Below are positions 1-9,443 of a stretch of DNA of 17,692 nucleotides, one piece after another. Where the stretch lies: assembly GCA_000388065.2 (NCBI GenBank), contig KB932213.1; one strand, given 5' to 3'. The position numbers were made by a program, and so were the translations under genes. This DNA comes from Fonticula alba ATCC 38817. Its lineage: Eukaryota > Protista > Nucleariida. Every line of letters starts with the position of its first letter. Position 1 is the stretch's first letter. Under the pieces are notes generated by a model. The model was not told the origin of the DNA, did no database searches, and worked only from the letters and a program-made list of their open reading frames with translations.

Positions 1-230
1 CCCCCCCCCCTCTGTCACATCGATCTGCCCTCTTTGTTCCTCTGCCTCCGTCTCTTGCTCCTCGCGCGCCCGCTCCTTCCCTCCCTCCCCCTCCCCACCT
101 TTCGCCTTTTCGCCTCGCGGCCCTCGCCCCGTCGGTCTGCCCCATCCGCTCGCCTTCGCAGGCTCCTGGCTCCCGGCCGGCCCTGGCCCCGTCGCGGCGA
201 CCGTCCGACGCGCAGGCCACAACCGGGCAG

Positions 231-338
231 GTGCGCTCCCCTTCCCGGCCGCCGCCCGCCGCGTGCGCGCGCCCCCGGCCCCCCCCCCCCCCCCACCCGG
301 CCCGCCTCCGACCCCCGGTCCTGACGCGCCCCGGATAG
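231..338 (+). other. Probable 5'-UTR intron of the LRR gene (108 nt)
   Basis: CAG|GTGCGC donor at 231, CTGAC branch-like motif at 321-325, TAG acceptor ending at 338, four nt before the ATG at 343. The signals match other introns in the window. Confidence 0.6.
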
Positions 339-342
339 ATCC

Positions 343-3300
343 ATGTCGCGCGTGCGTGGCCAGAATGACGCGCGCGCCGCGGCGCCCGGCATCCCCCCGC
401 CGCTGGCCAGCCGCACGCCGCCCGACAGCCGCAACGGCATCATCATCGGCCTGCGCGACAGCAGCACCGACGGCATCAACTCCTCGTCGCAGCTGACCTA
501 CAATGAGGCCCTCGGGGCGGCGGCCGCCGCGGCCACCGTCAACTCCCAGGTGACCATGGCCGGGTCGCAGACCACCCAGGCCACGGCCGCCGCGGCCGGC
601 ATCGTCAATGCCCTGGTCGAGGCGGCGGCCCCGCCGCAGGTGATCGCCGCGGCGGCGGCCGCGGCCGCGGCCGCCCTGGCCGGCGCCGGCCGCACCGACT
701 CCGAGTCCATCCTGGCCGCGGCATTGGTGTCGGCGGCCTCCTCCTTCCTGGACCAGGACCGCAATGTGGACGCCGGCATTGCCACCCTCTCGGCGGCCCG
801 GCGCTCCGGGGACTTCTATGCCCAGCTGCTGAGCCGCACGGCCGGCAGCACTTCGGACAATGGCCTGGGCTATGAGCTGCTGCTGCTGGCCCAGGAGTCC
901 GTGGCCCTGTCCATCGCCGGGGGAGGGGCCCGGGGGTCGGCCTCGGGCCCCCGGCAGCCGGACCCGGCAGCCGGCGCGCCGGACGACCGCCGGGGCGCCC
1001 GCCGCCGCCGGCCGCGCCAGGGCCCCCGACCCGGGCGCGCGGAAAGCCCCCCGCCGCGGCCGGTGGCCGGGCTCCACCGGGCCGGCCGGACCGCCTCCAG
1101 CCGGTCGCTGGCCTCCACCGAGTCGGGCCGGTCGGGCGGCGGCTCGGTGGCGGCCGGGCCGGCAAGCCCGGCCGGCGGCGTGGGGCCCGGCCCGGCCACC
1201 CCGCCCGGCGGCCCGGCCACCTCCGGCACAAGCCCCGGGGCGCCGCCACCGGCCCCGGCCGCCGGGGGGCCGCTCTCGCGTGCCTGGGACTCGGTGCCCG
1301 TCGGCCCGAGCACCCTGCGCAAGACCATGCGCGTGTCCTACTCGTCCGGCGACTGCCGGCGGGACCACATCGACTTCCGCGTCGGGCGCATCGGGCCCGG
1401 GGCCTTCGAGGGGCGCAGCATGTCGCCGCTGGGGCCGGGGCCGGGGCCGGGGCCCGGGCCCGGGGGCAGCCCCGGCCCGGCACCCGGGGCCGGCCCGGCC
1501 TTCCCCCCCGCCGGGGGCCGGCCGCCGGCCGGCGAGCACTTGCAGCTGCTGGAGCGCTGCCAGAGCGACCCGAGCGCCTGCCTGGCCCGGCACCCGGGCC
1601 CCGGCATGGCCGACGGCGCCGACAGCCCGGACGGCCTCGACGACCGCCGGGGCACCGGCCGGGACAAGCCGCCGGGCCGGCTCGCCCGCGCGGACTCCGG
1701 CTCCCGGTGGTCGGTGGACTCGGCCCCGGGGGCCGGTGGTCACAGCGGCCCCGGCAGCCTGGCGGCCATCGCCGACCAGGTGGCCCTGCCGCGGCTGCTG
1801 AGCCGGCTGGCGGCCGCCCGGTCGCCGGACACCGCCTCCGATGCCGGGCCCCCGACGCCGCTGTCCGGCGACAATCTCCTCTTCACCCTGGGGTCCGACG
1901 ATGGGGCGGACACCAGCGACCCGGAGGCCGGCTGGTCCGGCGACGAGGCCCACCCGGGGGGCTACTCCTCCGAGCCCGGGGACCTGGGCGACTGGGACAC
2001 CGCCTCGGACACCGAGGACATGGAGCCGGACGAGGCCCCGGGCCCGGGGGCCGACCTGTTCGGCGGGGCCACGCCGGGCGCCCCGGCGCCGGGCCCGCAC
2101 GCGCACCCGCCCCTGCAGCCGGCCGCGCCGCAGCTCAGCATGTCGCCCAGCCGGCTGGAGGCGCTGCTGCGCGACCCGGAGGCGGCCGGCGATCCGAACC
2201 TCGGGCTGGCCATGGCGGCGGCCGCGCACCTGGCCGTCCCCCTGCGCCGGTCCCAGCTGGAGACCCTGGCCGGGCGGACGGACGTCGCCCCGCTGGCCGG
2301 GCACGCGGTGTACCTCGACCACCCGACCGACGAGGAGGACATGCTCCTGGGCACGGGGGATTCCACCGGGGCCGGGGTCGTGGCCGGGGCCGGGGCCGCT
2401 GCGGCCGGCGCGGGCGCGGGCACGGCCGCGGGCACGGCCGCCGCCGGCCCCGGCGCCGCCGTCGACGCCGGGGGGGCTGGCCCGGCCCCGGCCGGCGCCT
2501 CGAGCCGGTGGTCGCGCGTGGTCGGGTCCGGCAAGGTCCGGCCGCTGGTCCGGCCGGCCGGCGCCCCGGGCAGCCCGGCGCCCGGCCCCCGAGCGGCGCC
2601 CCCCCCGGCCACCCCCCCCGGGGCCGAGGCCGATGACGAGCAGGACGCCGAGGACCCGGCCGAAGGCCCGGCCGGCCGGCCGGCGGACCGCCTCCCGCAG
2701 AGGGCCCACAGCGGCGGGCATGTTGTGGGCCTGGTGCCGGGGGCCGGGGCCGGGGCCGGGGCCGGCGGCGGCCGGGGCGGCCCCGACCACCCGCAGCCGG
2801 CCACCGCGCAGCAGCACGCCCAGGCCCAGCCGCCGCTGCCCCGGCTGTGGGCCGACCGCGAGCAGCTGGAGCCCATCCGGCTCCGGGGCCTGGCCCGGGC
2901 CACGAGCCTGGACCTGCGCGGCCGGGGGCTGGTGCAAATCACGCAGGACATCTCGCGCGCGCGGAAGCTCGTCCTGCTGGACGTGTCGCGCAATGCCCTG
3001 GTGGACTTGCCGCTTGGGGCCCTGCGCGATGGCCCGGGCCGCCTGCACCGGCTGAAGCTGGTCAACCTGTCGCACAACAACCTGACGGCCGTGCCGCCGG
3101 AGCTCTTCCAGCTGCCGTGCCTGCGGAAGCTGGACCTGTCGCACAACCGCCTGGCCGTGCTGCCCACCGCGGCGGCCACCTACCAGCGCGCCTCGGCCGA
3201 GCTGTACTCCCTGCTGCTGAATGACAACCGCCTGGTGGAGCTGCCCCGGGTGCTGGGCGAGTGCAAGTCCCTGGAGGAGCTGGCCGTCCAGCGCAACCCC

Positions 3301-3900
3301 CTGGTGGCCATCCCGGCCGAGGTGCTGAGCCTGCCGCAGCTTCGCCGGTTCACCTTCCACGGGTGCCACTTCCTGTCGGCCGCCCAGATCGAGTGGATCG
3401 ATCGCGGGGGCTGCTACATGCACCTGCGGCCGGCCGGCGCCGCGGACCCGGCCGACCCCCGGGGCCTCGGGCCGGGGCCGGGGGCCGGCGTGCCGGCCGC
3501 CGGGCGGCTGGCGGCCGGCCCCGCGCCCGACCCCGACCGGCTGCCCTACTGGCGGATGCTGTGCGCCCGGGCGGCCGGCACGCCGGCCCCCCCGGGGCCC
3601 GCCGCCAGCCGCCCGGCCGCCGGCCCCGGGCTCACCCTGGCCGAGGTGAGTGCGCACTTCCGCCGGGCCGCCCCCGGGTGGATGCGTGCGCTGAACTGGC
3701 CGACCGAGGGTGCGCCCGAGGCCCGGGCGCCCGGCGCCGTGGGCGACCCGCCGGCCGGCCGGCCGCCGCACCCGGCCGCCGCCCTGCCCGCCGAGCATGT
3801 TGACCGTGCGTCCCCGCCGGCCGGCCGGCCGCCTCCCCTGCCCGGCGAGCCGGCTGGGCCCACTTTTGGCATCCGCCTCTGGCCCGGGATCAGACACTGA
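343..3900 (+). CDS. Leucine-rich-repeat protein, 5' part (probably exon 1 of a gene extending to 5828; true exon end likely 3805, 3709 or 3645)
   Basis: 1185-codon ATG-started ORF with C/G-ending codons and clear LxxLxLxxNxL repeats near its end (LKLVNLSHNNL, LRKLDLSHNRL, LYSLLLNDNRL, LEELAVQRNPL). The rest is Ala/Gly/Pro low complexity plus an acidic stretch. Confidence 0.85.
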   Translation: MSRVRGQNDARAAAPGIPPPLASRTPPDSRNGIIIGLRDSSTDGINSSSQLTYNEALGAAAAAATVNSQVTMAGSQTTQATAAAAGIVNALVEAAAPPQVIAAAAAAAAAALAGAGRTDSESILAAALVSAASSFLDQDRNVDAGIATLSAARRSGDFYAQLLSRTAGSTSDNGLGYELLLLAQESVALSIAGGGARGSASGPRQPDPAAGAPDDRRGARRRRPRQGPRPGRAESPPPRPVAGLHRAGRTASSRSLASTESGRSGGGSVAAGPASPAGGVGPGPATPPGGPATSGTSPGAPPPAPAAGGPLSRAWDSVPVGPSTLRKTMRVSYSSGDCRRDHIDFRVGRIGPGAFEGRSMSPLGPGPGPGPGPGGSPGPAPGAGPAFPPAGGRPPAGEHLQLLERCQSDPSACLARHPGPGMADGADSPDGLDDRRGTGRDKPPGRLARADSGSRWSVDSAPGAGGHSGPGSLAAIADQVALPRLLSRLAAARSPDTASDAGPPTPLSGDNLLFTLGSDDGADTSDPEAGWSGDEAHPGGYSSEPGDLGDWDTASDTEDMEPDEAPGPGADLFGGATPGAPAPGPHAHPPLQPAAPQLSMSPSRLEALLRDPEAAGDPNLGLAMAAAAHLAVPLRRSQLETLAGRTDVAPLAGHAVYLDHPTDEEDMLLGTGDSTGAGVVAGAGAAAAGAGAGTAAGTAAAGPGAAVDAGGAGPAPAGASSRWSRVVGSGKVRPLVRPAGAPGSPAPGPRAAPPPATPPGAEADDEQDAEDPAEGPAGRPADRLPQRAHSGGHVVGLVPGAGAGAGAGGGRGGPDHPQPATAQQHAQAQPPLPRLWADREQLEPIRLRGLARATSLDLRGRGLVQITQDISRARKLVLLDVSRNALVDLPLGALRDGPGRLHRLKLVNLSHNNLTAVPPELFQLPCLRKLDLSHNRLAVLPTAAATYQRASAELYSLLLNDNRLVELPRVLGECKSLEELAVQRNPLVAIPAEVLSLPQLRRFTFHGCHFLSAAQIEWIDRGGCYMHLRPAGAADPADPRGLGPGPGAGVPAAGRLAAGPAPDPDRLPYWRMLCARAAGTPAPPGPAASRPAAGPGLTLAEVSAHFRRAAPGWMRALNWPTEGAPEARAPGAVGDPPAGRPPHPAAALPAEHVDRASPPAGRPPPLPGEPAGPTFGIRLWPGIRH
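2890..3378 (+). other. LRR domain, about 6-7 repeats
   Basis: Consecutive ~23-28 aa units matching the LRR consensus LxxLxLxxNxLxxLP in the translation. Confidence 0.9.
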
Positions 3901-4152
3901 CCTCTCCGCACGACACCCACACTATGTGTGCGCACCGCACATGGCGCCCGCGTGGTCTCCCGCCGACGGGGATGGCCACCCCGCGTGACGGGGCATGGTC
4001 TTTTGTGTACGCGCGCGCGGCCCGCGGCGGCCCTGGCACCGCCGGATGCCGGCACTGCTCCGGCCCGGCCCCCGGGGGCCCGACCGCCCGCGGCACGGCC
4101 ATGCGGCACGCGACCCGCCCGACGCCGGGACCGGGCCCGCCCGCCCCCCCAG
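3806..4152 (+). other. Putative intron joining the LRR ORF to the downstream ORF (alternative donors 3710 or 3646; alternative acceptors 4158 or 4175)
   Basis: GTGCGT donor at 3806 (phase 1) and CACTGAC branch-like motif at 3895-3901. No AG dinucleotide occurs from 3894 to 4150, followed by a C-run and AG at 4151-4152. Splicing restores the frame into the 3924..5828 ORF. Confidence 0.55.
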
Positions 4153-5828
4153 CCCCAGACACGGTCTTCTCGCAGGACGGCCTGGCGGACGATGTGCCGG
4201 ACTTCTCGCCGAGCGTGCTCGAGGCGGCCACCCGACAGTTTGCCATGTCCCACGGTGGGCTCGGGCTTGGCCTGGGCCTGGGCCTGGGGGTGCCGGAGCT
4301 GGAGGAGGCGGCCGGCGGCGGGGCCGCCGGGGCCGCCGCCGCCGGCCAGCGCCTGGGCCAGGCCATCGCCGGGGCCATCGCCGGCCCGGGGGGCGCCGGC
4401 CCGGGCCACGTCAACGCCCTGCTGGGCCTGCCGCCCGGCGGCCTCGGCCCCGGCGGCCACCTCCCCATGGTGCCCATCAGCTTGGGCTCGCTGCCGGGGC
4501 CCGGGGCCATGATCGCCCCCGGGGTGCCGGCCGACACCCTGGTGCAGCACGCCCTGGCCGGCGGGGGCATTGCCATCGGGACGGGGCCGTTCGGCGGGCC
4601 GGCGGCCGCCGCGGCCACCGGCCCCCCCCCGCCGCTGCCGGCCCCCGGGGGGGGACCCCCTGCCGGGGCGCCGGGCACCGCGGCCACCGCGGCCGCCGGC
4701 CCCGGGCCGGCCGCCAGCACCGGCACAGCCGCCACCATGGCCGCGGCCATTGCCGCCGCCGCCGCCGCCGCGGCCGCCGCCACCACCACCACCACCGCCG
4801 CGGCCGCCGCCGCCACCGGCAACAACCCCCACAACCCCAACCTCATGCCCACGGCGGTGGCCATCGCCGCGGCCGCGGCCGGCGTCGGGGCCAACGACCC
4901 CAACCGCGACGCGGCGGCCCGCCTGCGCCAGGCACATGCGCACAATCTGGCCGTCCTGGCGGCGGCCCACTGCCGGACGTTGGCCCGGCGCACGGCCGCC
5001 AGCCAGCGCTCGCCCTCGCTGCTGGAGCTGGCCTGCCGGGAGCTCTGGCGCCAGCACAACATCTGGCGCGAGCTCCGCCAGGCGGACCCGGCCCGGGCCG
5101 AGGCCCTGGCCGCGCGGGTACTGGCGGCCACGGCGGCGGCGGCGGCGGCGGCGGCCACGGCGGCGGCGGCCACGACGCCCGGCGCCTCGGGCACCGGGCG
5201 CCCCGGCCGGCCCGGGTCCTCCCGGCCCCGGCGCTGGGCCAGCAGCCTCTGGGGCCGGACCCGGGCCGGGCTCCTCCCGGGCCGGGCCCCCGGCCACCGG
5301 GGCCCCCCCCTCCCCACCGGCAGCCCCGGCGCCTGGACCCCCGGCAGGCCCCCGGCCACCGGGCCCGGCCATGCCAACAGCCTCCCGCCGGTGGAGCAGA
5401 TCTCCGCCCTGCTGGACTTGACCGGCCGCCAGCCGGGGGCCATCCTGCGCCAGGTGTCCCCCACGGTGGTGGCCCTGTTTGCCGGGATGATGCGCTGCTC
5501 GGCCTGTGGCGGCCCGATGAACCACCAGTCGGCCATGCGCTACCGCATGGTCATCCGAGCCAGCGGCCCGCAGAACCTCCCGCCCGACCGCCAGCGCGAC
5601 ATCCTCCGGCCCATGGTCGTGTCGTACCAGCTGTGCCAGGCCCATTGGCCCGGGCCCGGGGACACCCGGCGCTTCGGCCACCAGCAGCAGCTGTCCCTCT
5701 CGGCCCTCAGCATATACCCCAACACCATCGGCGAGAATGAGCGCATTCGCTTCCTCTTTGCCGCGCCCGCCCGCCATGCGGACCGGCTCTGGCCCGAGGG
5801 GACGGGCCTGCAAGCGCTCCAGGGGTGA
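4153..5828 (+). CDS. C-terminal exon of the LRR gene with BC-box-like motif and Cys/His cluster (alternatively a separate gene from ATG 4101)
   Basis: Open frame with coding-like codon usage and protein-like segments: PSLLELACRELW (5013-5048), RCSACGGPM (CSAC at 5496-5507) and YQLCQAHW (5625-5648). Ends at TGA 5826-5828. Confidence 0.7.
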
Positions 5829-6096
5829 CCCGCGCGTGCTCGCCCCCGCCCCGCCCCCCTCCGGCCGCGCCAGTAGAAGAGTGCGCACCGCGAGCGCCGC
5901 GCCGCCCGGCGGCCGGGTGTGCGTGCGCGCGCATCGGCCATCGGCGAGATCGGCCCGGGCCTGGAGAGGGCCCGGGCCCGGGCCAGCGCGAGGAGAGCGG
6001 CCACGAGGAGAGCGAGAGCGAGGCGTGAAGGAAGACGAAAGCGAGACAGAGGGTGAGCAGACACACGCCGGCACCCGAGTTTTGTCCTTGATACAT

Positions 6097-6116
6097 ACAC
6101 ACACACACACACACAC
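6097..6116. repeat. (AC)10 microsatellite
   Basis: Read directly from the sequence. Confidence 0.9.
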
Positions 6117-6178
6117 GCAAATACATGGCCCCATGCTTCGTCCGCGCGGCCGGGATGGAGGGGCTGGAGGGGCGGCCG

Positions 6179-6180
<2 letters not shown>

Positions 6181-6221
<41 letters not shown>

Positions 6222-6222
6222 G
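6181..6222. repeat. (CTG)9 CTA (CTG)4 trinucleotide microsatellite
   Basis: Read directly; lies in the convergent intergenic/3'-UTR region. Confidence 0.9.
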
Positions 6223-6565
6223 CCAGCTCACTGGCTGGGCCCGCTGCCAGCCGGGCAGAATCAAACACCGAGGAGGGGGGATGCACGGGCACGGCCAATC
6301 TATGGGGGAGGTGTATTTGCGGCTCCGGAGCGCGCCGGTGCCCGTGAAAGGGGGCGCCCACGGGCTGGACCGAGGCAGGGGGGTGGGGAGACGCGGCCCG
6401 TGGCCGGCGGGGGCAAGCCAGCGAGGCATCCGACGCCCCAAGGCACCCCGCGACCCGGGGGACGCCAGAGGCCGGGAGCCCGGAAAGAGAGAGAGACCGA
6501 GCGACCGAGCGACCGAGCGAGAGACCGACCAGGGGATGGGCGGAGGGAGAGACAGAGAGACGCAT

Positions 6566-7710
6566 CTACTCGCGGGGCTTGCCGCCGGCCGGCGCATGCG
6601 GCCGGAAGGGATACGGCAGGGCATCCGGCCCGGGCTCCGGGCTGCCATCGCTCGGGCTGATGGCGATGAACTTGTAGATCTGCCCCATCTGGTCCAGGTC
6701 CACCAGGCGCCGGACGCCGGAGATCAGAGCGGCCCGGTCCTCGCGCGACATCGGCGCCGGCGCCCCTGGGGGGAGGGCCTCGCCGGTGGCCGCCGCCTTG
6801 GCCGCCGCCGCCTGGCGCGCGGAGTCCAGCTTGAGCACCTGCTGCAGCCGCACCCCGATCCCCATGTCGCGGAGGAACTCGTGCTGCGTCATCAGGCCCG
6901 ACACATTGACCTGGCGCCGGAGGGGGGCCGCGGCGTCCAGCCGCGAGGCAATGGCCGCCGCCGCCGCCGCCGCCGGATCTTCCTGGCCCTCGCCGGCGCG
7001 CTGGGCCCGGAGCGACTGGTCCAGCCCCGACACCGAGGACCCGGTGGTGGCGTCCAGGTCGAAGGCCAGCGGCATGTGCATGGCCGCCCGGCGGACCAGC
7101 GAGAAGTCCACATCCGCACTGAGATCCACCGTGCCCGGCTGCAGCAGGGGATGCACGAACTGGTGCTGGCGGATGCCCTGCGACCCAGGAGGGGGGGGGC
7201 GATCGTGTGCAAGGGGAGGCGGCAGAGCGGGGCCCGGCCGCGTGGAGGCCGCGCCGCAGAGAGGGGAAGGGAGGGTGAACGGGTCAGAGGCATGTTTGAG
7301 AAGCCATGGGCATGGTCGGCCCAGAGGGAAGGGGACGGAGGGAGGGAGGGGGGAGCATCTCGGCAGCGAGGGGGGCAGCGCGCGCGAGAGGCTGGCGGGA
7401 GAATGGACCGGAGAATGGCGGGCCGGGAGAAGAGACGCAGGGCAAAAGAAAGAAGAGAAACGACGGGAGAGAGAGAGAGAGGGAGGGAGGCAGGCCCAGG
7501 GGAGGGAACGAGGGCAGGCAAAAAAAACAACAACAGCGCAGCACGCACCCGAACCGACGAGCGAAGCGGCCCATCCACGCCGTAGTCCACGATGAGCGCC
7601 ACACCGCGGTGGTCCTCCACCATCTGGGCGATGCGGGCGCTGACGTCGGCCACCGCGGCGCTGATCTCGATGCGATCGTCCTCCGGCGCCGGGTCTGTCG
7701 TCGTCGTCGT

Positions 7711-7744
<34 letters not shown>

Positions 7745-8805
7745 GCGTGGGTGACGGTGGCCGGCGCGCCACCGCCCGGCCCGGCAAACATGCTCACCAG
7801 GGAGGAGTTCGGCGTCGGGCCATCGGACAGCGTGAAGCAGAGATCATGCTCGGCATCCTCGCCGGAGAGCTCCGGCATGGGCGGCAATGCCGGCCCCGAG
7901 CCAGCCTCGCCGCCGGCCGGGCCGACCGGGTCCAGCTCGGCCACCAGCCGCGGGGACAGGCTGACCAGCACCTCGGACCAGGCCCCCCCGGGCGGCCGGA
8001 CAAATTGGAACACCGGCAGCGCATCCAGGAACTCGTGTGCCAGCAGGACAAATCGCTCGGCCGGCCGGCCGGCGGCCGCCAACTCCCGGTCTTCGGCTTG
8101 GATCTCCTCCAGCGAGCCGTACCAGCTGACGGCCACGCCGTCCGGCGTGCGCCCGGTGGCCGGGTCCACCTGCAGGGCGGCCGCCTGCACCGCGCGCAGG
8201 GTCGGCGACGCCTCGACCAATTGCACCCGCGACAGGCGGTCCCCCAGGGAGACCCCCCGGCCGGAGTACAGACGCCGCGCCACCCGCAGGACGTCCTTCA
8301 TGAGGGTCCCCTTGCCGGGGTCCAGCTCCACCAGCCGGAAGGGCGATCCCCCGGCACCGGCACCGGCACCGGCACCGGCCGCCCCTTGCCCCTCGAAACC
8401 CAGCAGCACATTGGTCACCCAGGTGCCGACACAATCCCCAAAGAGGGAGCTCACCTCGGGGCTGGTGACGAAGTCCCCCGCCCGGCCCAGGGCATCGTGG
8501 TGCATGTAGAACCCGGCCACCGGGTTGGTCAGGCATTCCTTCATGAAGTCCGCCACCGACAGGGGCCCCTGCAGGCGGATCTTGCTGATGAGATACTGCA
8601 GGAACCGGTCGTGCGAGACCGGCGCCCCGGCCTGCTCCGCCGGCGAGAGTCCCGACCCGACGGTCGGCGGGGGGGCCGAGCCGGACCCGGCATCCGAGGA
8701 GAACGGCCGGCCAGCCGGGCCCAGAGCATGGACCCCGGCGGCCACCAGCGGCCGCCCTAGCCGGGGGAGGCAGGCGGCCCCGCGCCGGGCAACGTGCGCG
8801 AGCAT
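6566..8805 (-). CDS. NDUFAF7: Mitochondrial protein arginine methyltransferase NDUFAF7/MidA (complex I assembly factor); exons 8805..7549 and 7177..6566, ~622 aa
   Basis: Family motifs GPLSVADFMKECLTNPVAGFY, GDFVTSPEVSSLFG, LVELDPGKGTLMKDVLR, LVEASPTLR, LAHEFLDALPV, ALIVDYG, PGTVDLSADVDF, TQHEFLRDMGI and RLVDLDQMGQIYK. The Arg-rich, acid-free N-terminus has an R-x-F|S (RPFSS) presequence-type motif. Phase-0 splicing gives SSVR|GIRQHQFVHP. Confidence 0.93.
7178..7548 (-). other. Intron of NDUFAF7 (371 nt, phase 0)
   Basis: GTGCGT donor at 7548, CT-rich body, CTGAC about 105 nt upstream of the CAG acceptor at 7180-7178. It joins two frames that each carry NDUFAF7 motifs. Confidence 0.9.
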
Positions 8806-8846
8806 TTTCTTTTCTTACGAGGGGGAGGGGGGAGGGGGGAAGGGAA

Positions 8847-9443
8847 NNNNNNNNNNNNNNNNNNNNNNNNNNNNNNNNNNNNNNNNNNNNNNNNNNNNNN
8901 NNNNNNNNNNNNNNNNNNNNNNNNNNNNNNNNNNNNNNNNNNNNNNNNNNNNNNNNNNNNNNNNNNNNNNNNNNNNNNNNNNNNNNNNNNNNNNNNNNNN
9001 NNNNNNNNNNNNNNNNNNNNNNNNNNNNNNNNNNNNNNNNNNNNNNNNNNNNNNNNNNNNNNNNNNNNNNNNNNNNNNNNNNNNNNNNNNNNNNNNNNNN
9101 NNNNNNNNNNNNNNNNNNNNNNNNNNNNNNNNNNNNNNNNNNNNNNNNNNNNNNNNNNNNNNNNNNNNNNNNNNNNNNNNNNNNNNNNNNNNNNNNNNNN
9201 NNNNNNNNNNNNNNNNNNNNNNNNNNNNNNNNNNNNNNNNNNNNNNNNNNNNNNNNNNNNNNNNNNNNNNNNNNNNNNNNNNNNNNNNNNNNNNNNNNNN
9301 NNNNNNNNNNNNNNNNNNNNNNNNNNNNNNNNNNNNNNNNNNNNNNNNNNNNNNNNNNNNNNNNNNNNNNNNNNNNNNNNNNNNNNNNNNNNNNNNNNNN
9401 NNNNNNNNNNNNNNNNNNNNNNNNNNNNNNNNNNNNNNNNNNN
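8847..9443. other. Assembly gap (597 N), likely covering the NDUFAF7 promoter and the 3' flank of the kinase gene
   Basis: Run of N flanked by G-rich tracts. Confidence 0.95.

Noticed and set aside
15-6134. Alternative-frame and antisense ORFs over the LRR gene (e.g. 1962..3179, 3546..6134, 3890..5536, 3995..5740)
   Set aside because: Arg/Pro/Gly-rich shadow translations, many starting at non-ATG codons; the coherent motifs lie in other frames.
6892-7548. C-terminal part of ORF 6892..8805 as real NDUFAF7 sequence
   Set aside because: It is read-through into the intron (low-complexity Leu/Pro/Ser); the family motifs resume in another frame after the acceptor at 7178.
6125-7585. 486-aa plus-strand ORF with a poly-Cys run, and minus-strand ORF 6208..6648 ending in QQQQ
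   Set aside because: The homopolymers are readings of the CTG/CAG microsatellite; the remainder is antisense to, or downstream of, NDUFAF7.
8806-8846. Pyrimidine tract plus TAAG just upstream of the NDUFAF7 ATG as a 5'-UTR intron acceptor
   Set aside because: Plausible but untestable because any donor and branch site would lie in the N gap.
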